Origin: an uncultured Gammaproteobacteria bacterium | GTDB lineage: Bacteria > Patescibacteriota > Patescibacteriia > Magasanikbacterales > GWA2-37-8 | Reading direction: 5' to 3' | NCBI GenBank assembly: GCA_964536725.1 | Contig: CAZHYJ010000003.1 | Location: 39,065-103,064 of the forward strand | Length of the DNA stretch: 64,000 nt | In this document: positions 47,504-60,076 of the stretch, piece by piece | Numbering within the stretch: the stretch's first letter is position 1 | Layout of the letters: each line of letters begins with the position of its first letter | Program-made: the position numbers and the translations under genes | The notes under the pieces: model-generated | What the model saw: the letters and a program-made list of their open reading frames with translations, nothing else | Databases searched by the model: none | Told to the model about the DNA's origin: nothing

Positions 47504-48298
47504 ATGCTTTACACTCTGGGCGATGGTGGCCTGGTGCAGACCCCCTTTACGGTGGTCGGCGCAGCACAGGCAAGTGGTATCTACTGCGAGTTTGTTCGTG
47601 TTCATCACATGGTGGATGGTGTGCATGATGAGTCTAGACTCGGTGAGTCGGCCATCATCCGTCGCGGTCAGCGAATCGGGGCTAGTATGGGAGAGGAAGG
47701 CGTCAGTGCTTTTCGTGCGGTCGCTCACCTGTTCGCAGAACAGGAGGCGGATCGCAAGTATAAGCACGTCGTGATTTTTCCGCTGGCCGGTCGCTGGTTT
47801 AGCTATGAAGCCGATGGCCACTGGAAGGAGTGGATCGACTGTGATAGCGGCTGGTGTGATAATGCGGTGCTGATCCGCGTTTTTACTACCACAGAGGTGG
47901 AAGGAAAAACGTACAGGATCACCAGCTCTGCCCCGTTTGAAAGAAAGGGACAGGTTTTCAGAGCGAGTGGGCTCGTCGACATGTGTGGAAGCGCTATTGT
48001 TGACGACTACTCAATCTTCGCAGCGGCCCGAGAGTTCGGGTGGTTGTTGAATGCCGAAGAAAAAAAGGCGTTCTGGTTGTGGGGGTTGACGCTGCCTCGC
48101 GACCTGACGCCCTACGACCTGGCGATCTGCCGGTCGATCTGCGGATTCGCCTCCGCGGAAAAGGTCTTTCACTCCTTCGTGTCCACGACCACTACGGTCT
48201 GGATGGACTACAGACTGGAAGACCTGCGGCGCGTTCGTACCGATGCTGCTGACCTGAGCGCGCCTCGTAGGCCGCTTCTGGTCCTCCATCGACACTAG
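47504..48298 (+). CDS. hypothetical protein encoded by a high-GC island (coding status uncertain; compositionally foreign)
   Basis: 264 aa ORF, the longest in an about 900 bp segment of roughly 60% GC in a 36-40% GC genome; followed by GC-rich hairpin GGGGGTC-TTCG-GACCCCC (48304-48330); no family recognised. Confidence 0.35.
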   Translation: MLYTLGDGGLVQTPFTVVGAAQASGIYCEFVRVHHMVDGVHDESRLGESAIIRRGQRIGASMGEEGVSAFRAVAHLFAEQEADRKYKHVVIFPLAGRWFSYEADGHWKEWIDCDSGWCDNAVLIRVFTTTEVEGKTYRITSSAPFERKGQVFRASGLVDMCGSAIVDDYSIFAAAREFGWLLNAEEKKAFWLWGLTLPRDLTPYDLAICRSICGFASAEKVFHSFVSTTTTVWMDYRLEDLRRVRTDAADLSAPRRPLLVLHRH

Positions 48299-48372
48299 CA
48301 GGGCTTGGGGGTCTTCGGACCCCCGGCCCTGTCCTACCTCAATATTAAGAAAAATTAACTTATATTATAAAA

Positions 48373-48404
48373 ACAACAGCCAGTTTGTGGCTGTTGTTTT
48401 GTTT
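48373..48404. terminator. bidirectional terminator hairpin
   Basis: 10-bp stem ACAACAGCCA/TGGCTGTTGT with loop GTTTG and a T-run. Confidence 0.6.
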
Positions 48405-48416
48405 AACAGAAAAGAA

Positions 48417-48515
48417 TTAACTCTTGTGCAATTTTTTGGTAATTGTACGGAGTTTCTTACCCATTTTTGTGTTCTTTTTTGCGTGCTCGATGCGAGCTTT
48501 TAGGGCACAATTCAT
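48417..48515 (-). CDS. small basic ORF (32 aa), uncertain
   Basis: MNCALKARIEHAKKNTKMGKKLRTITKKLHKS; lies between the terminator and tRNA-Gln. Confidence 0.2.
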   Translation of the reverse strand: MNCALKARIEHAKKNTKMGKKLRTITKKLHKS

Positions 48516-48550
48516 AGTATTTAAGGTTAATTATTAATTAAATTTAGTAT

Positions 48551-48567
48551 GTTCCGAGGCTTGGATT
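48551..48567 (-). repeat. partial duplicate of the tRNA-Gln 3' end (acceptor plus T-stem fragment)
   Basis: ttccgaggcttggattt matches 48603-48619 (ttccgaggcttggattc) at 16 of 17 nt. Confidence 0.5.
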
Positions 48568-48602
48568 TACCCCGTCGCTTCGCTCTGGGGCATAAACTTC
48601 TC

Positions 48603-48673
48603 ATCCAATCCTCTTCACTTCGTTCCGAGGCTTGGATTCGAACCAAGATAAGCAGATTCAGAGTCTGCTGGCC
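48603..48673 (-). tRNA. tRNA-Gln (anticodon CUG)
   Basis: Reverse complement folds as acceptor TCCGAGG/CCTCGGA, D-stem GGCT/GGCC, anticodon stem GCAGA/TCTGC with loop CTCTGAA, T-arm CTTGG-TTCGAAT-CCAAG. Confidence 0.8.
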
Positions 48674-48759
48674 TACCATTAGCCGACCTCGGAATTTTGG
48701 GTCAAAACCATATATAACTGGAACAAGAGAATTTTACCACTTTTTGGCCAAAAGTCAAG

Positions 48760-50346
48760 CTATTCGACTACTTCGCCACCAAAATCAGCGGCGATATCGA
48801 TGGCGTCATCGACGGTTTTTACTGCTTGGGCCTCTGTGACAGTGCAGAATATTTCGATTCTTTCTCCTAGCATTTTTTCCAAAATATCTTCAATTATCTT
48901 TTTATTTTTTCGATCCTCAATTTTTTCTTTGTGAAAAGAGTAGGGAACAGATACTTCCAGGCCATTTTCTGTCAGGGCTGCTAGAGTACAAATTTTTAAA
49001 ATAAAAGTAAGCGAATGACAAGTTTGGTCCAACTCTGGTATCATTGCTGTCCATTTTTCTTTAACCATGTCCAAAGTTGCTTGAGGTAATTTGTGTGAGT
49101 GAGTCAAGTTGGAGATAGCAGTTTTGATTGTTTCGGTTATTTTGTGTGCTGGTTTGATTGTCTCTGAGCCATCTTTTATTTCAACTTTTTTTTCTGGTGC
49201 TGGCGTGATATATCCGTCGGGTATTTTAGACGTTTCATCGTTGGTGGTCGTTTGATTTTCCAAATTAGTCGCTTCGATAATCCAAAGTTCGAGTGGTAGT
49301 TGGGGTAAAGCCGAACGTTTCATCTCCTGTCGGCGAATGATTATTTTATCAGTCAACTTAATCAACTTACTTGTGGTAATTAAGGTGCCTATGTGTTTTA
49401 ATCGGTCTCTGTCCTCAGTTCGATAACTTATTATTTCTTCCGGTTCAAATCCGGTTTGTAAAATTAAAATCAAACGCAATGTCTCAGCAATATCAAAAGC
49501 AAACTGTTCCAAATTTGCTCCGCTTTTTATCTGTTCGGCGATTATTTCCAATCCCGCGGAGGCGTTGTGTTTAAAAATTGTTTCAAGTAGTATTAAAACT
49601 TTTTCTGGCTGTGGGGTTGGCAGGATATTTTCACTATCAGCAGTGGTAATTTTTTTTAGTCCCAAAGAAAAAATCTGCCCAAGCAAACTTTCGGCGTCAC
49701 GCAGACAGCCGTCGCTTTTCAAAACTACACGTTTTAAAACTTCATCTTCTACCTCGATCTCTTCGCCATTAGCCAGTGTCTTTAGGCGGGTTATCATTTT
49801 GTCGGTAGGGATTTTGTTGAAATTAAAACGTTGACAACGTGATAGGATGGTAGCAGGAAGTTTGTGGTTTTCGGTAGTAGCCAAAACAAAAATTACGTGT
49901 GTGGGTGGTTCCTCTAAAGTTTTGAGCAATGCGTTGAAGGCACTGGTTGAAAGCATGTGTACCTCGTCGATGATAAAAACCTTAAAGGGGGATTTAGTGG
50001 GTTTGAACTGAGCGTTCTCAATAATATTTTCGCGGACGTTGTCCACGCCAGTGTGAGAAGCGGCGTCAATTTCAATGACATCGATATTTCTTCCCTGAGT
50101 AATTTCTTCGCAACTAGAACAAGTGTTACAAGGCTCAGCGGTACCAGCTGCTCGATTGGGGCAGTTTACTGCCTTGGCTACCAAACGTGCCAAGGTGGTT
50201 TTTCCCACTCCGCGTGGACCAGAAAACAGGTAGGCGTGCGCTACTTTATTTAAAGAAACAGCATTAGTGATAGTTTGAGTGATATGCTCCTGCCCAATCA
50301 AGTCAGTAAAGGTCTGTGGTCGGTATTTACGATATAATGTTGGCAT
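48760..50346 (-). CDS. dnaX: DNA polymerase III subunit gamma/tau
   Basis: AAA+ motifs GPRGVGKTT and IIDEVHMLS, Zn module CPNRAAGTAEPCNTCSSC, SRC motif. Confidence 0.9.
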   Translation of the reverse strand: MPTLYRKYRPQTFTDLIGQEHITQTITNAVSLNKVAHAYLFSGPRGVGKTTLARLVAKAVNCPNRAAGTAEPCNTCSSCEEITQGRNIDVIEIDAASHTGVDNVRENIIENAQFKPTKSPFKVFIIDEVHMLSTSAFNALLKTLEEPPTHVIFVLATTENHKLPATILSRCQRFNFNKIPTDKMITRLKTLANGEEIEVEDEVLKRVVLKSDGCLRDAESLLGQIFSLGLKKITTADSENILPTPQPEKVLILLETIFKHNASAGLEIIAEQIKSGANLEQFAFDIAETLRLILILQTGFEPEEIISYRTEDRDRLKHIGTLITTSKLIKLTDKIIIRRQEMKRSALPQLPLELWIIEATNLENQTTTNDETSKIPDGYITPAPEKKVEIKDGSETIKPAHKITETIKTAISNLTHSHKLPQATLDMVKEKWTAMIPELDQTCHSLTFILKICTLAALTENGLEVSVPYSFHKEKIEDRKNKKIIEDILEKMLGERIEIFCTVTEAQAVKTVDDAIDIAADFGGEVVE

Positions 50347-50470
50347 AAAAAAGGGGAGTAGAGATGAAACAGTCGGATAAGTATGTTTTTATTGCCGCGC
50401 TTTCAGCTAGGCAACAAAAACATACTTATCCGACTGTGACTATACCACGGTTATAATATTATTTCAATTA

Positions 50471-53023
50471 CTACAAACTCGGCTCAATCATATCTCCAAT
50501 ACCGGTCGGTTTGGCCACGCCCAATTGGGCGCGTTCCATGATTTCAGAATCAACAATTTCACGGGGGCGACCATATTTCAAACGGGATAATTCTTTGATT
50601 GCTGCCGCCAATTCTTTGTTGCCTTTTTCTGGTGGGTAAGTGGTCATACTGAATGGTTTGCAAGCAGTATTGTCGATCAGTAGTTTGGTGTAAGCAGTAT
50701 ACTGTTCTACGTTGATCAAGTCATAAGCACCAAAAACTGGAGCGTATTCTTTTTGTAAAATATCTGCATCTTCCACGCCAATACGGAAAGTAACAAGAGT
50801 ACCGGCATTACCCAAAACCGCATCACGAACGGTGGTTTTTCCTTTATTGTCTTCCAGTTGTTTCATGTACTGATGAGCGATGATTAATTCTAAGCGATAT
50901 TTACGCGCTTCAGATAAAATGGTAGCAATCGAGTCGGTGATAAAGTTTTGAAACTCATCAATGTAGAGATAAAAATCATGACGTTCTTCTTCGGGCAAAG
51001 AAGCGCGCTCGAGTGCGGCCATTTGTAATTTGGATACAACAATCAGACCTAAAAGGTTAGAGTTGATTTCGCCTACCAAACCTTTGGACAAATTGACCAA
51101 AAGAATTTTCTTTTTATCCATTACATCGCGAAAACTAAAGCTGGAGTGAGTCTGGCCGATAATATTTCGCACCATTTGATTTTCTACAAAGCGGCCAACT
51201 TTTGAGATCAAGTATCCCAACATCTCTGATTTATGGAAGTCAGATGTCTTAGCCATCTCTTTGTCCCAGAAAGCCAACACCATCGGATCAGTTAATTTAT
51301 TTTTGTATTTTTTAACAAACTCGTCGTCGGTAAACATGCGTGGAATCTCCGCCATCGTGCCGGGATTTTCCATATCAGCCATCAGTGTCAACATTACGTT
51401 GCGCATCTGGTGTTCAAACATTGGACCGATCATCGACGGGTCAGAAACCAGTTTATAGAAAATAGCGATCATTTCCTGGCAGATAAAATCTTTTTGTTCT
51501 TCGGTTTTAGCTTCGAGCATGTTTAGACCCAGTGGTCTTTCGGTGTCAGATGGACTAAAAACAATAACATCATCGGCGCGTTCTTTTGGTATATGTTGTA
51601 AAACATATTCAACAAAGTCGCCATGGGGGTCGATCACACAAACACCTTCGCCGTTAATTACATCTTGCACTGCTAAGCTTTGGATAAACACAGATTTACC
51701 ACTACCAGATTTACCAATAGTATAAAGGTGGCGACGACGATCAGAGCGTTTCATGCGTACGATAGTTTCCTCACCACGATATACCGCTCTTCCCAAAATA
51801 ATACCCTCGGTCGGCATATTCACTGGTGGTGGGGCTTTGCGTGCGCCCAACCAGTTGATGTGTGGGGTTTCAGTGTAGGGGGTAGGTAAGTGCCATAAAC
51901 CACACATTTCCTCGGTGTTTACTACCATGTAATGTTTTTCTTGTGGAGTGCGATAAATGAAATCGCGAATAAGTTTTCCTTGTGAGCGGGGAGTGGCGGC
52001 GGCAAAAGAATTACCGTAGCGGTAGATATTGTATTGACCAAAAGAGTTGATGATATTTTCCAAATTCATCTGCGCAGTTTCCTTGACGTTGGCTGAGCTG
52101 ACAAGACGAATAGTTAATTCTAAGCCACCATGACTGATTTTCTCCTCCATGCTTTTTACCATCTCTTCTTCCATCTGTGTCAATCGATAAGGTTCATTGG
52201 TGCCGGTTTGTTTGGAAGGGTCTTTTTTAAACAGAAGTTTTTTCCACTTCTGCAAAGAGCGCATGAAGGCGCTGCGGTGGGCGACATATTCAAATTTTTG
52301 TCCTTCACGAATATCACGGATCATCTTTACTCCTTGACGACGCCATTTGGGTGTGGCCGGTCGGACAATATATTGAATGACTGCACCTTCATCTTCGCCA
52401 ATTTTACTCAATGGGTTTAAAATTGCAGACAGTGGATCGCTGTCCATTTTTTTGTAGGTCTTTAAAGGAAAAGCGGAACGGCTTTTGAAAAAAAGATAGG
52501 CGCCCACAATATGGCTTTGTGGTTTGAATATATTGTAGTCTGTTTCAATATCAATTTGAGCGTGCGGATATTGAGCGTGGATTTGTTGTTCGACGAATTC
52601 TTTTACCTTGTCGGGTATAGAAACATAGAATGTAATCTTATTGTCTTTGGCGACAATCTCAAAAGAAATGTGGTCATTGCGCCCACGGAGCCAACTCATT
52701 ATCCCTTTTTGTTGTTTTAAACCAGTAAGGGAAGAAAAAAGTGTTTCGGCGATGGCGATTTTTTCTCGTATTTGGTTGATGTTTTCTTCCGTTGTGCTGG
52801 AGTTTTGCCCTCCTTCACCCTTTCTTTCTTTTGGTATTCGAATCACCATGATGGTTTTGTGAAAAGCGCGTTTTTCACGGCTTTGGGTGTGAAGTAAGGC
52901 GCGGAGTATATAGAGAGCAGAGATGAAGGCTAATATGCCAATTATCAAAAACACTACCAACAATACAATTGGATTATTATTCAAATTTTCGATTATGGTA
53001 GCTAACAAATTTTGGTAGTCCAT
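50471..53023 (-). CDS. membrane-anchored FtsK/HerA-superfamily ATPase, VirB4/TraC-like (850 aa)
   Basis: N-terminal TM helix, about 430 aa N-domain, C-terminal P-loop NTPase with Walker A TIGKSGSGKS, IDPHGD, Walker B-like LYIDEFQNF and AHQ motif; translationally coupled to the upstream 165 aa gene. Confidence 0.6.
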   Translation of the reverse strand: MDYQNLLATIIENLNNNPIVLLVVFLIIGILAFISALYILRALLHTQSREKRAFHKTIMVIRIPKERKGEGGQNSSTTEENINQIREKIAIAETLFSSLTGLKQQKGIMSWLRGRNDHISFEIVAKDNKITFYVSIPDKVKEFVEQQIHAQYPHAQIDIETDYNIFKPQSHIVGAYLFFKSRSAFPLKTYKKMDSDPLSAILNPLSKIGEDEGAVIQYIVRPATPKWRRQGVKMIRDIREGQKFEYVAHRSAFMRSLQKWKKLLFKKDPSKQTGTNEPYRLTQMEEEMVKSMEEKISHGGLELTIRLVSSANVKETAQMNLENIINSFGQYNIYRYGNSFAAATPRSQGKLIRDFIYRTPQEKHYMVVNTEEMCGLWHLPTPYTETPHINWLGARKAPPPVNMPTEGIILGRAVYRGEETIVRMKRSDRRRHLYTIGKSGSGKSVFIQSLAVQDVINGEGVCVIDPHGDFVEYVLQHIPKERADDVIVFSPSDTERPLGLNMLEAKTEEQKDFICQEMIAIFYKLVSDPSMIGPMFEHQMRNVMLTLMADMENPGTMAEIPRMFTDDEFVKKYKNKLTDPMVLAFWDKEMAKTSDFHKSEMLGYLISKVGRFVENQMVRNIIGQTHSSFSFRDVMDKKKILLVNLSKGLVGEINSNLLGLIVVSKLQMAALERASLPEEERHDFYLYIDEFQNFITDSIATILSEARKYRLELIIAHQYMKQLEDNKGKTTVRDAVLGNAGTLVTFRIGVEDADILQKEYAPVFGAYDLINVEQYTAYTKLLIDNTACKPFSMTTYPPEKGNKELAAAIKELSRLKYGRPREIVDSEIMERAQLGVAKPTGIGDMIEPSL

Positions 53024-53024
53024 G

Positions 53025-53522
53025 TTAGCGAGTTTGTTTATTTTTTAACTCCATTATTTTATCGGTTTTTATCTTTGCTTCTTGTTCTAAGAAAAAATGG
53101 TTAATGCCGGGTAAAATTTTGAGCCATTCGATAATAAGGCGCAGAATCTTTTTTACTTTAACATGTGTAGAACGTAAGAGTTCGCTGATTTTTGCAGCAG
53201 TTTTTTCTCCTTTGATTTTAAATTCTTGTTTGGCGATTGGGGAAAGACGTTGAAAGGAATCGCCTAGTCCATCTTCAAGTATCTTCTCTATCTTCACGGC
53301 TAATTCATCTCTGACTTGAGGGACGACTACTGGTCTGCGTATTTGGGGTAAACGAACTCTGGCCGGTGGTTTATTTTCGGTTTCTTTTGGTCTGGCTTCT
53401 GCAGTCGTTTGTGCTTTTTCCGTTTCGGCGTTTTTAGCTGTTTCTATAACCGGCTGGTTTTCCGCGCCTTCGGTTTTTAAATTTTCGAGATTAGCTTTTT
53501 TGTCGCTCTCAATATCGGCCAT
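53025..53522 (-). CDS. hypothetical protein (charged N-terminus), first gene of the operon with the VirB4-like ATPase
   Basis: 165 aa; stop overlaps the ATPase start. Confidence 0.4.
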   Translation of the reverse strand: MADIESDKKANLENLKTEGAENQPVIETAKNAETEKAQTTAEARPKETENKPPARVRLPQIRRPVVVPQVRDELAVKIEKILEDGLGDSFQRLSPIAKQEFKIKGEKTAAKISELLRSTHVKVKKILRLIIEWLKILPGINHFFLEQEAKIKTDKIMELKNKQTR

Positions 53523-53581
53523 AGTTTTAATTTTAAAGCATCTTCATTATAGCACATTCTGAAAAAAACTAAAAACCTTGA

Positions 53582-55018
53582 TTATATTTTTCTGACTTTG
53601 GTGCCGGTGGGCGTATCTTCGACAGTGTAGCCCTCACTTTCCAGTACTTTACGTAACTCGTCGCTTTTAGTCCAGTTTTTTTCGGCTCTGGCCATATCAC
53701 GTTTTGAAATAGTTTCTAAAATTTCCGGTGATATTGTTTCTTTTTTTGTTGTGGTGGTTAATTTTAAACCAAATACTTCGTCAAATTTTTTGGTCAACCA
53801 AAGTTTTTCTTCGTTGGATATTTCTTTGTCGTCTAGCATCTTCCAGGCCAAAGCCAATGCTTGCGGAGTATTCAGATCGTCGTTCAAATATTCTTTGAAT
53901 TGTTCTAAATATTTTTTGGTATTTTTTGTTTCTTTTGTTTCCTTAGTCTGTAAGTTGGCAACAGTTTGTTTCAATCTCTCGTAACCGTTTTCGGCTGCTT
54001 GTAATGCCTCGAAAGAAAAATTGAGCTGTTTGCGATAGTGGGCTTGTAAGAGGAAATAGCGGTAGGCGAGGGGGTTGATGTTTTTTTCTTTTAGGACAGA
54101 GACGGTTAAGAAATTATTACCAGACTTTGACATTTTTTCTTTGCCTGTGTTTAAAAATTCGTTATGCAACCAATAGTTGGCCAAAGGTTTTCCGTTGGCC
54201 GCTTCGCTTTGGGCGATTTCGTTGATATGGTGAACAGGGATGTGATCGATACCACCACAATGAATATCAAAAGGTTGCCCGAGATATTTTTCAGACATGG
54301 CAGAGCATTCAATGTGCCAACCAGGAAAGCCTGTGCCCCAGGGACTCTCCCATTCCATTTGACGTTGAGTGTTGGTGGGGGAAAATTTCCAGAGAGCAAA
54401 GTCGGTTGGATTTTTTTTCTCGCCTAGTTCGACGCGTGCGCCGGCTTGGATTTCTTGGTTTTCTAGATTGGCCATTTTCCCATAATCGGGAAATTTGCTG
54501 GTGTCAAAATATATACCATCAGCCGTTTGGTAGGTAAATCCATTTTTTTCTAATTTTTTTATTAATTTAATCTGCTCGGGGATGTGTTCGGTGGCGCGAC
54601 ACCAAATATCGGGTGGGATAATATTTAATGCCGAAAGGTCTTGTTCAAAGGCAATAATATAGAAGTCGGCAATTTCCCAAGCGGTCTTGTTTTCTCGACG
54701 GGCGCCTTTTTCCATTTTATCTTCACCAACATCGGCATCACTTGTGAGGTGTCCAACGTCGGTAATATTCATTACATGTTTTACTTTGTAGTCGTTAAGT
54801 TGTAGAACACGCTTGAGGATATCTTCAAAAACATAACTGCGTAGATTGCCAATGTGGGCGTAGTTGTAGACGGTGGGTCCACAAGTGTACAGGCCAGCCT
54901 TGTGTTTTTTGATTGGTTTAAACTCTTCGAGGTGATGATTAAGAGAATTAAATAGTTGTAATGACATAAATTTAAATAGGTTAGTCTCTATTTTACTATT
55001 TTTATCCACAGTTTTCAA
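53582..55018 (-). CDS. cysS: cysteine--tRNA ligase
   Basis: HIGN (HIGH-type) and KMSKS motifs, class I fold. Confidence 0.9.
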   Translation of the reverse strand: MKTVDKNSKIETNLFKFMSLQLFNSLNHHLEEFKPIKKHKAGLYTCGPTVYNYAHIGNLRSYVFEDILKRVLQLNDYKVKHVMNITDVGHLTSDADVGEDKMEKGARRENKTAWEIADFYIIAFEQDLSALNIIPPDIWCRATEHIPEQIKLIKKLEKNGFTYQTADGIYFDTSKFPDYGKMANLENQEIQAGARVELGEKKNPTDFALWKFSPTNTQRQMEWESPWGTGFPGWHIECSAMSEKYLGQPFDIHCGGIDHIPVHHINEIAQSEAANGKPLANYWLHNEFLNTGKEKMSKSGNNFLTVSVLKEKNINPLAYRYFLLQAHYRKQLNFSFEALQAAENGYERLKQTVANLQTKETKETKNTKKYLEQFKEYLNDDLNTPQALALAWKMLDDKEISNEEKLWLTKKFDEVFGLKLTTTTKKETISPEILETISKRDMARAEKNWTKSDELRKVLESEGYTVEDTPTGTKVRKI

Positions 55019-55063
55019 TAGCGGTATGTAACTTTATTGATTTGTTTGATATAATACCTGTAT

Positions 55064-56206
55064 ATGTTTCTATCTAAACCGAAATCTGTCTTGGGAGTAG
55101 ACATTGGCGCTGGTGGAATAAAAATAGTGGAATTACACAAAACCAAGAACCGGCCGGTCTTGTTTACTTATGGTTTGGCTGCCGGTAGGCGTGATGTTCA
55201 TGAACTGGTAAAAGCGGTAAGTCAACAAAGAGGTGGAGAGCTGGGCTTGAAAACTGGGGTAGAGGCAAAAAAAACTCAAGTAACTAACCAAATTTTTACT
55301 CCGGAAAAAGTGGTGGAGTATGCTGCGGTTTTAAAGGCGGTTTGTCAAAAATCAAAAATAACCGCCAAAAATGCTGTGGTAAGTTTGCCGGTTTCAGCTG
55401 TTTTTCGTGCTGTTGTCAATTTGCCACCAGTAAAGAAAAATGAATTTGAAACAATTTTAAAAGCTAAAGTAAAAAAATTATTACCCCGACCGATCGAAGA
55501 GATGACTTTGGATTATCAAATACTGCCGGCTGTTGGTGAGGAAAAAAGCCAACGTGTTTTAATCAACGCCGTTGCTCGTGAGGTGGTGGTTTTTTATACC
55601 CAAATTTTTCAAAAAGCTGGGATTGTGCTCGAAGCTTTGGAACCAGAATCAACTGCTTTAGAGCGCGCACTTATTGGTCGTGATCAAAGTGTGGCGATGA
55701 TTGTGGATGTGGGCGCAGAACACACAAACTTTTTTATTATTGATGGCGGTGTGGCTATCACTCACAACAGTGTAGAAATTGGCGGTGATCGTTTAGATCA
55801 GTTGTTATCTAGTGCGCTCGGAATTGATCCGAATTTGGTAGGGCGAGTTAAACAAGATTGGTTCGAACGGTTGTTGCTCAAAAAGAATGCGATTGCCAAA
55901 GCAGACTTTTTAAATTTATTGCGTCCGGTAGTTGAGCCGATTGTCAAAGAAATTGAATATAGTTTTGAAGTTTATTTGCGCCAGAGCGGTAACCTGACAA
56001 AGCACCCAGAAAAAGTGGTGCTGACTGGTGGTGGTGCGTTTTTTCCGTTTTTAGCTGAACATATTGCGGAAAAGTTTAAGTTAAAATGTTATGTGGGTGA
56101 TCCGTGGGGGCGAGTAGTTTATCAAGATGGCTTGAAGCCAATTTTGCATGGTATTGGTCCGCGTATGTCAGTAGCTATTGGCTTGGCTTTACGAAACATG
56201 TTATAA
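55064..56206 (+). CDS. pilM: type IV pilus assembly protein PilM (actin-like ATPase)
   Basis: N-terminus VLGVDIGAGGIKIVEL and actin/FtsA-like fold motifs. Confidence 0.8.
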   Translation: MFLSKPKSVLGVDIGAGGIKIVELHKTKNRPVLFTYGLAAGRRDVHELVKAVSQQRGGELGLKTGVEAKKTQVTNQIFTPEKVVEYAAVLKAVCQKSKITAKNAVVSLPVSAVFRAVVNLPPVKKNEFETILKAKVKKLLPRPIEEMTLDYQILPAVGEEKSQRVLINAVAREVVVFYTQIFQKAGIVLEALEPESTALERALIGRDQSVAMIVDVGAEHTNFFIIDGGVAITHNSVEIGGDRLDQLLSSALGIDPNLVGRVKQDWFERLLLKKNAIAKADFLNLLRPVVEPIVKEIEYSFEVYLRQSGNLTKHPEKVVLTGGGAFFPFLAEHIAEKFKLKCYVGDPWGRVVYQDGLKPILHGIGPRMSVAIGLALRNML

Positions 56207-56238
56207 TAAAATCATATTTAATCGGTTACTTTTTAACT

Positions 56239-56640
56239 ATGCCAAATAAAGTTTCGACTGATGGGGGGAAAACTCTTGTTTTGTTGGTTGAGGACGACGT
56301 TTTTCTTTCTGGTATTTACCAGAAGAAGTTTGAAATGGAGGGTTTCAAGGTGACGACGGCAGACAACGGCGAAAAAGCATTGGTGGAAGCGAAAAAGAAA
56401 AAGCCGAATATTATTCTCTTGGATATTTTATTGCCCAAGTTGGATGGTTTTGCTGTTCTTGAAAAATTAAAAGCGGATCCAGAAACAAAACCAATTCCAG
56501 TGATTCTTCTGACAAATTTGGGTCAAAAGGATGATGTGGAAAAAGGGTTGGAAGCTGGTGCAGCTGACTATTTGATCAAAGCACATTTTAAACCATCAGA
56601 GGTAGTGGACAAAGTAAGAAAAGTTTTACAATTGGTTTAA
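56239..56640 (+). CDS. single-domain response regulator (CheY-like receiver)
   Basis: LVEDD...D...ILLDILLP phospho-acceptor Asp context, and T/K in LLTN...YLIKA; start set at internal Met 56239 after the pilM stop. Confidence 0.75.
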   Translation: MPNKVSTDGGKTLVLLVEDDVFLSGIYQKKFEMEGFKVTTADNGEKALVEAKKKKPNIILLDILLPKLDGFAVLEKLKADPETKPIPVILLTNLGQKDDVEKGLEAGAADYLIKAHFKPSEVVDKVRKVLQLV

Positions 56641-56697
56641 GGGGTGGTATATTAATTTAGCGATAAATTTATCTTTAAGCAGAAAGGGGGTGACATT

Positions 56698-57123
56698 ATG
56701 AATAAAAAAGGTTTTACATTGATCGAGCTTTTAATCGTAGTTGCTATCATCGGTTTATTGTCCACTTTGGCAGTAGTATCGTTGGGCTCAGCTCGTGTGA
56801 AAGCACGTGATTCTAAACGTTTAGCGGATCTTAAACAGATTCAAACTGCTTTGGAATTATTTTATACCGATCAGAATACATATCCAACAGGCTCCGGTCT
56901 TACTTTGGGTGGAACATCAGCTGCATGTTTGAATGCGACTGGTTTTACCACTGCTGGTTGTACTAGTGCCTACATGGGTGCAGTTCCTGCCGATCCTAAG
57001 TCACCAGGTACTTACTCATATACCGCAGCTTCTAGTTCCTATTCTATCGTAGCCGCTTTGGAAGGTACAGTTAATGGTTTAACTGAGGGTATTACGTTGT
57101 CACCAGCCGGTATCGCTGACTAG
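56698..57123 (+). CDS. type IV pilin/pseudopilin (prepilin-type N-terminal cleavage/methylation domain)
   Basis: MNKKGFTLIELLIVVAIIGLL class III signal peptide with G-F cleavage site and Glu+5. Confidence 0.8.
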   Translation: MNKKGFTLIELLIVVAIIGLLSTLAVVSLGSARVKARDSKRLADLKQIQTALELFYTDQNTYPTGSGLTLGGTSAACLNATGFTTAGCTSAYMGAVPADPKSPGTYSYTAASSSYSIVAALEGTVNGLTEGITLSPAGIAD

Positions 57124-57236
57124 TTTTTTAAAAAACATGAAAATATGCTGATTTAATCGGCATATTTTTGTGTTTGGCAAAATATTTCTTTGGGTATATA
57201 ATATGTGAGTAATTAATTTACATTGCTTTAGCAAAT

Positions 57237-60075
<2,839 letters not shown>

Positions 60076-60076
60076 T

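Noticed and set aside
47450-47821. 123-aa - strand ORF and other overlapping ORFs in the high-GC island
   Set aside because: The + strand 264-aa ORF is longest and ends at the hairpin. The others are likely composition artefacts, so the coding strand is genuinely uncertain.
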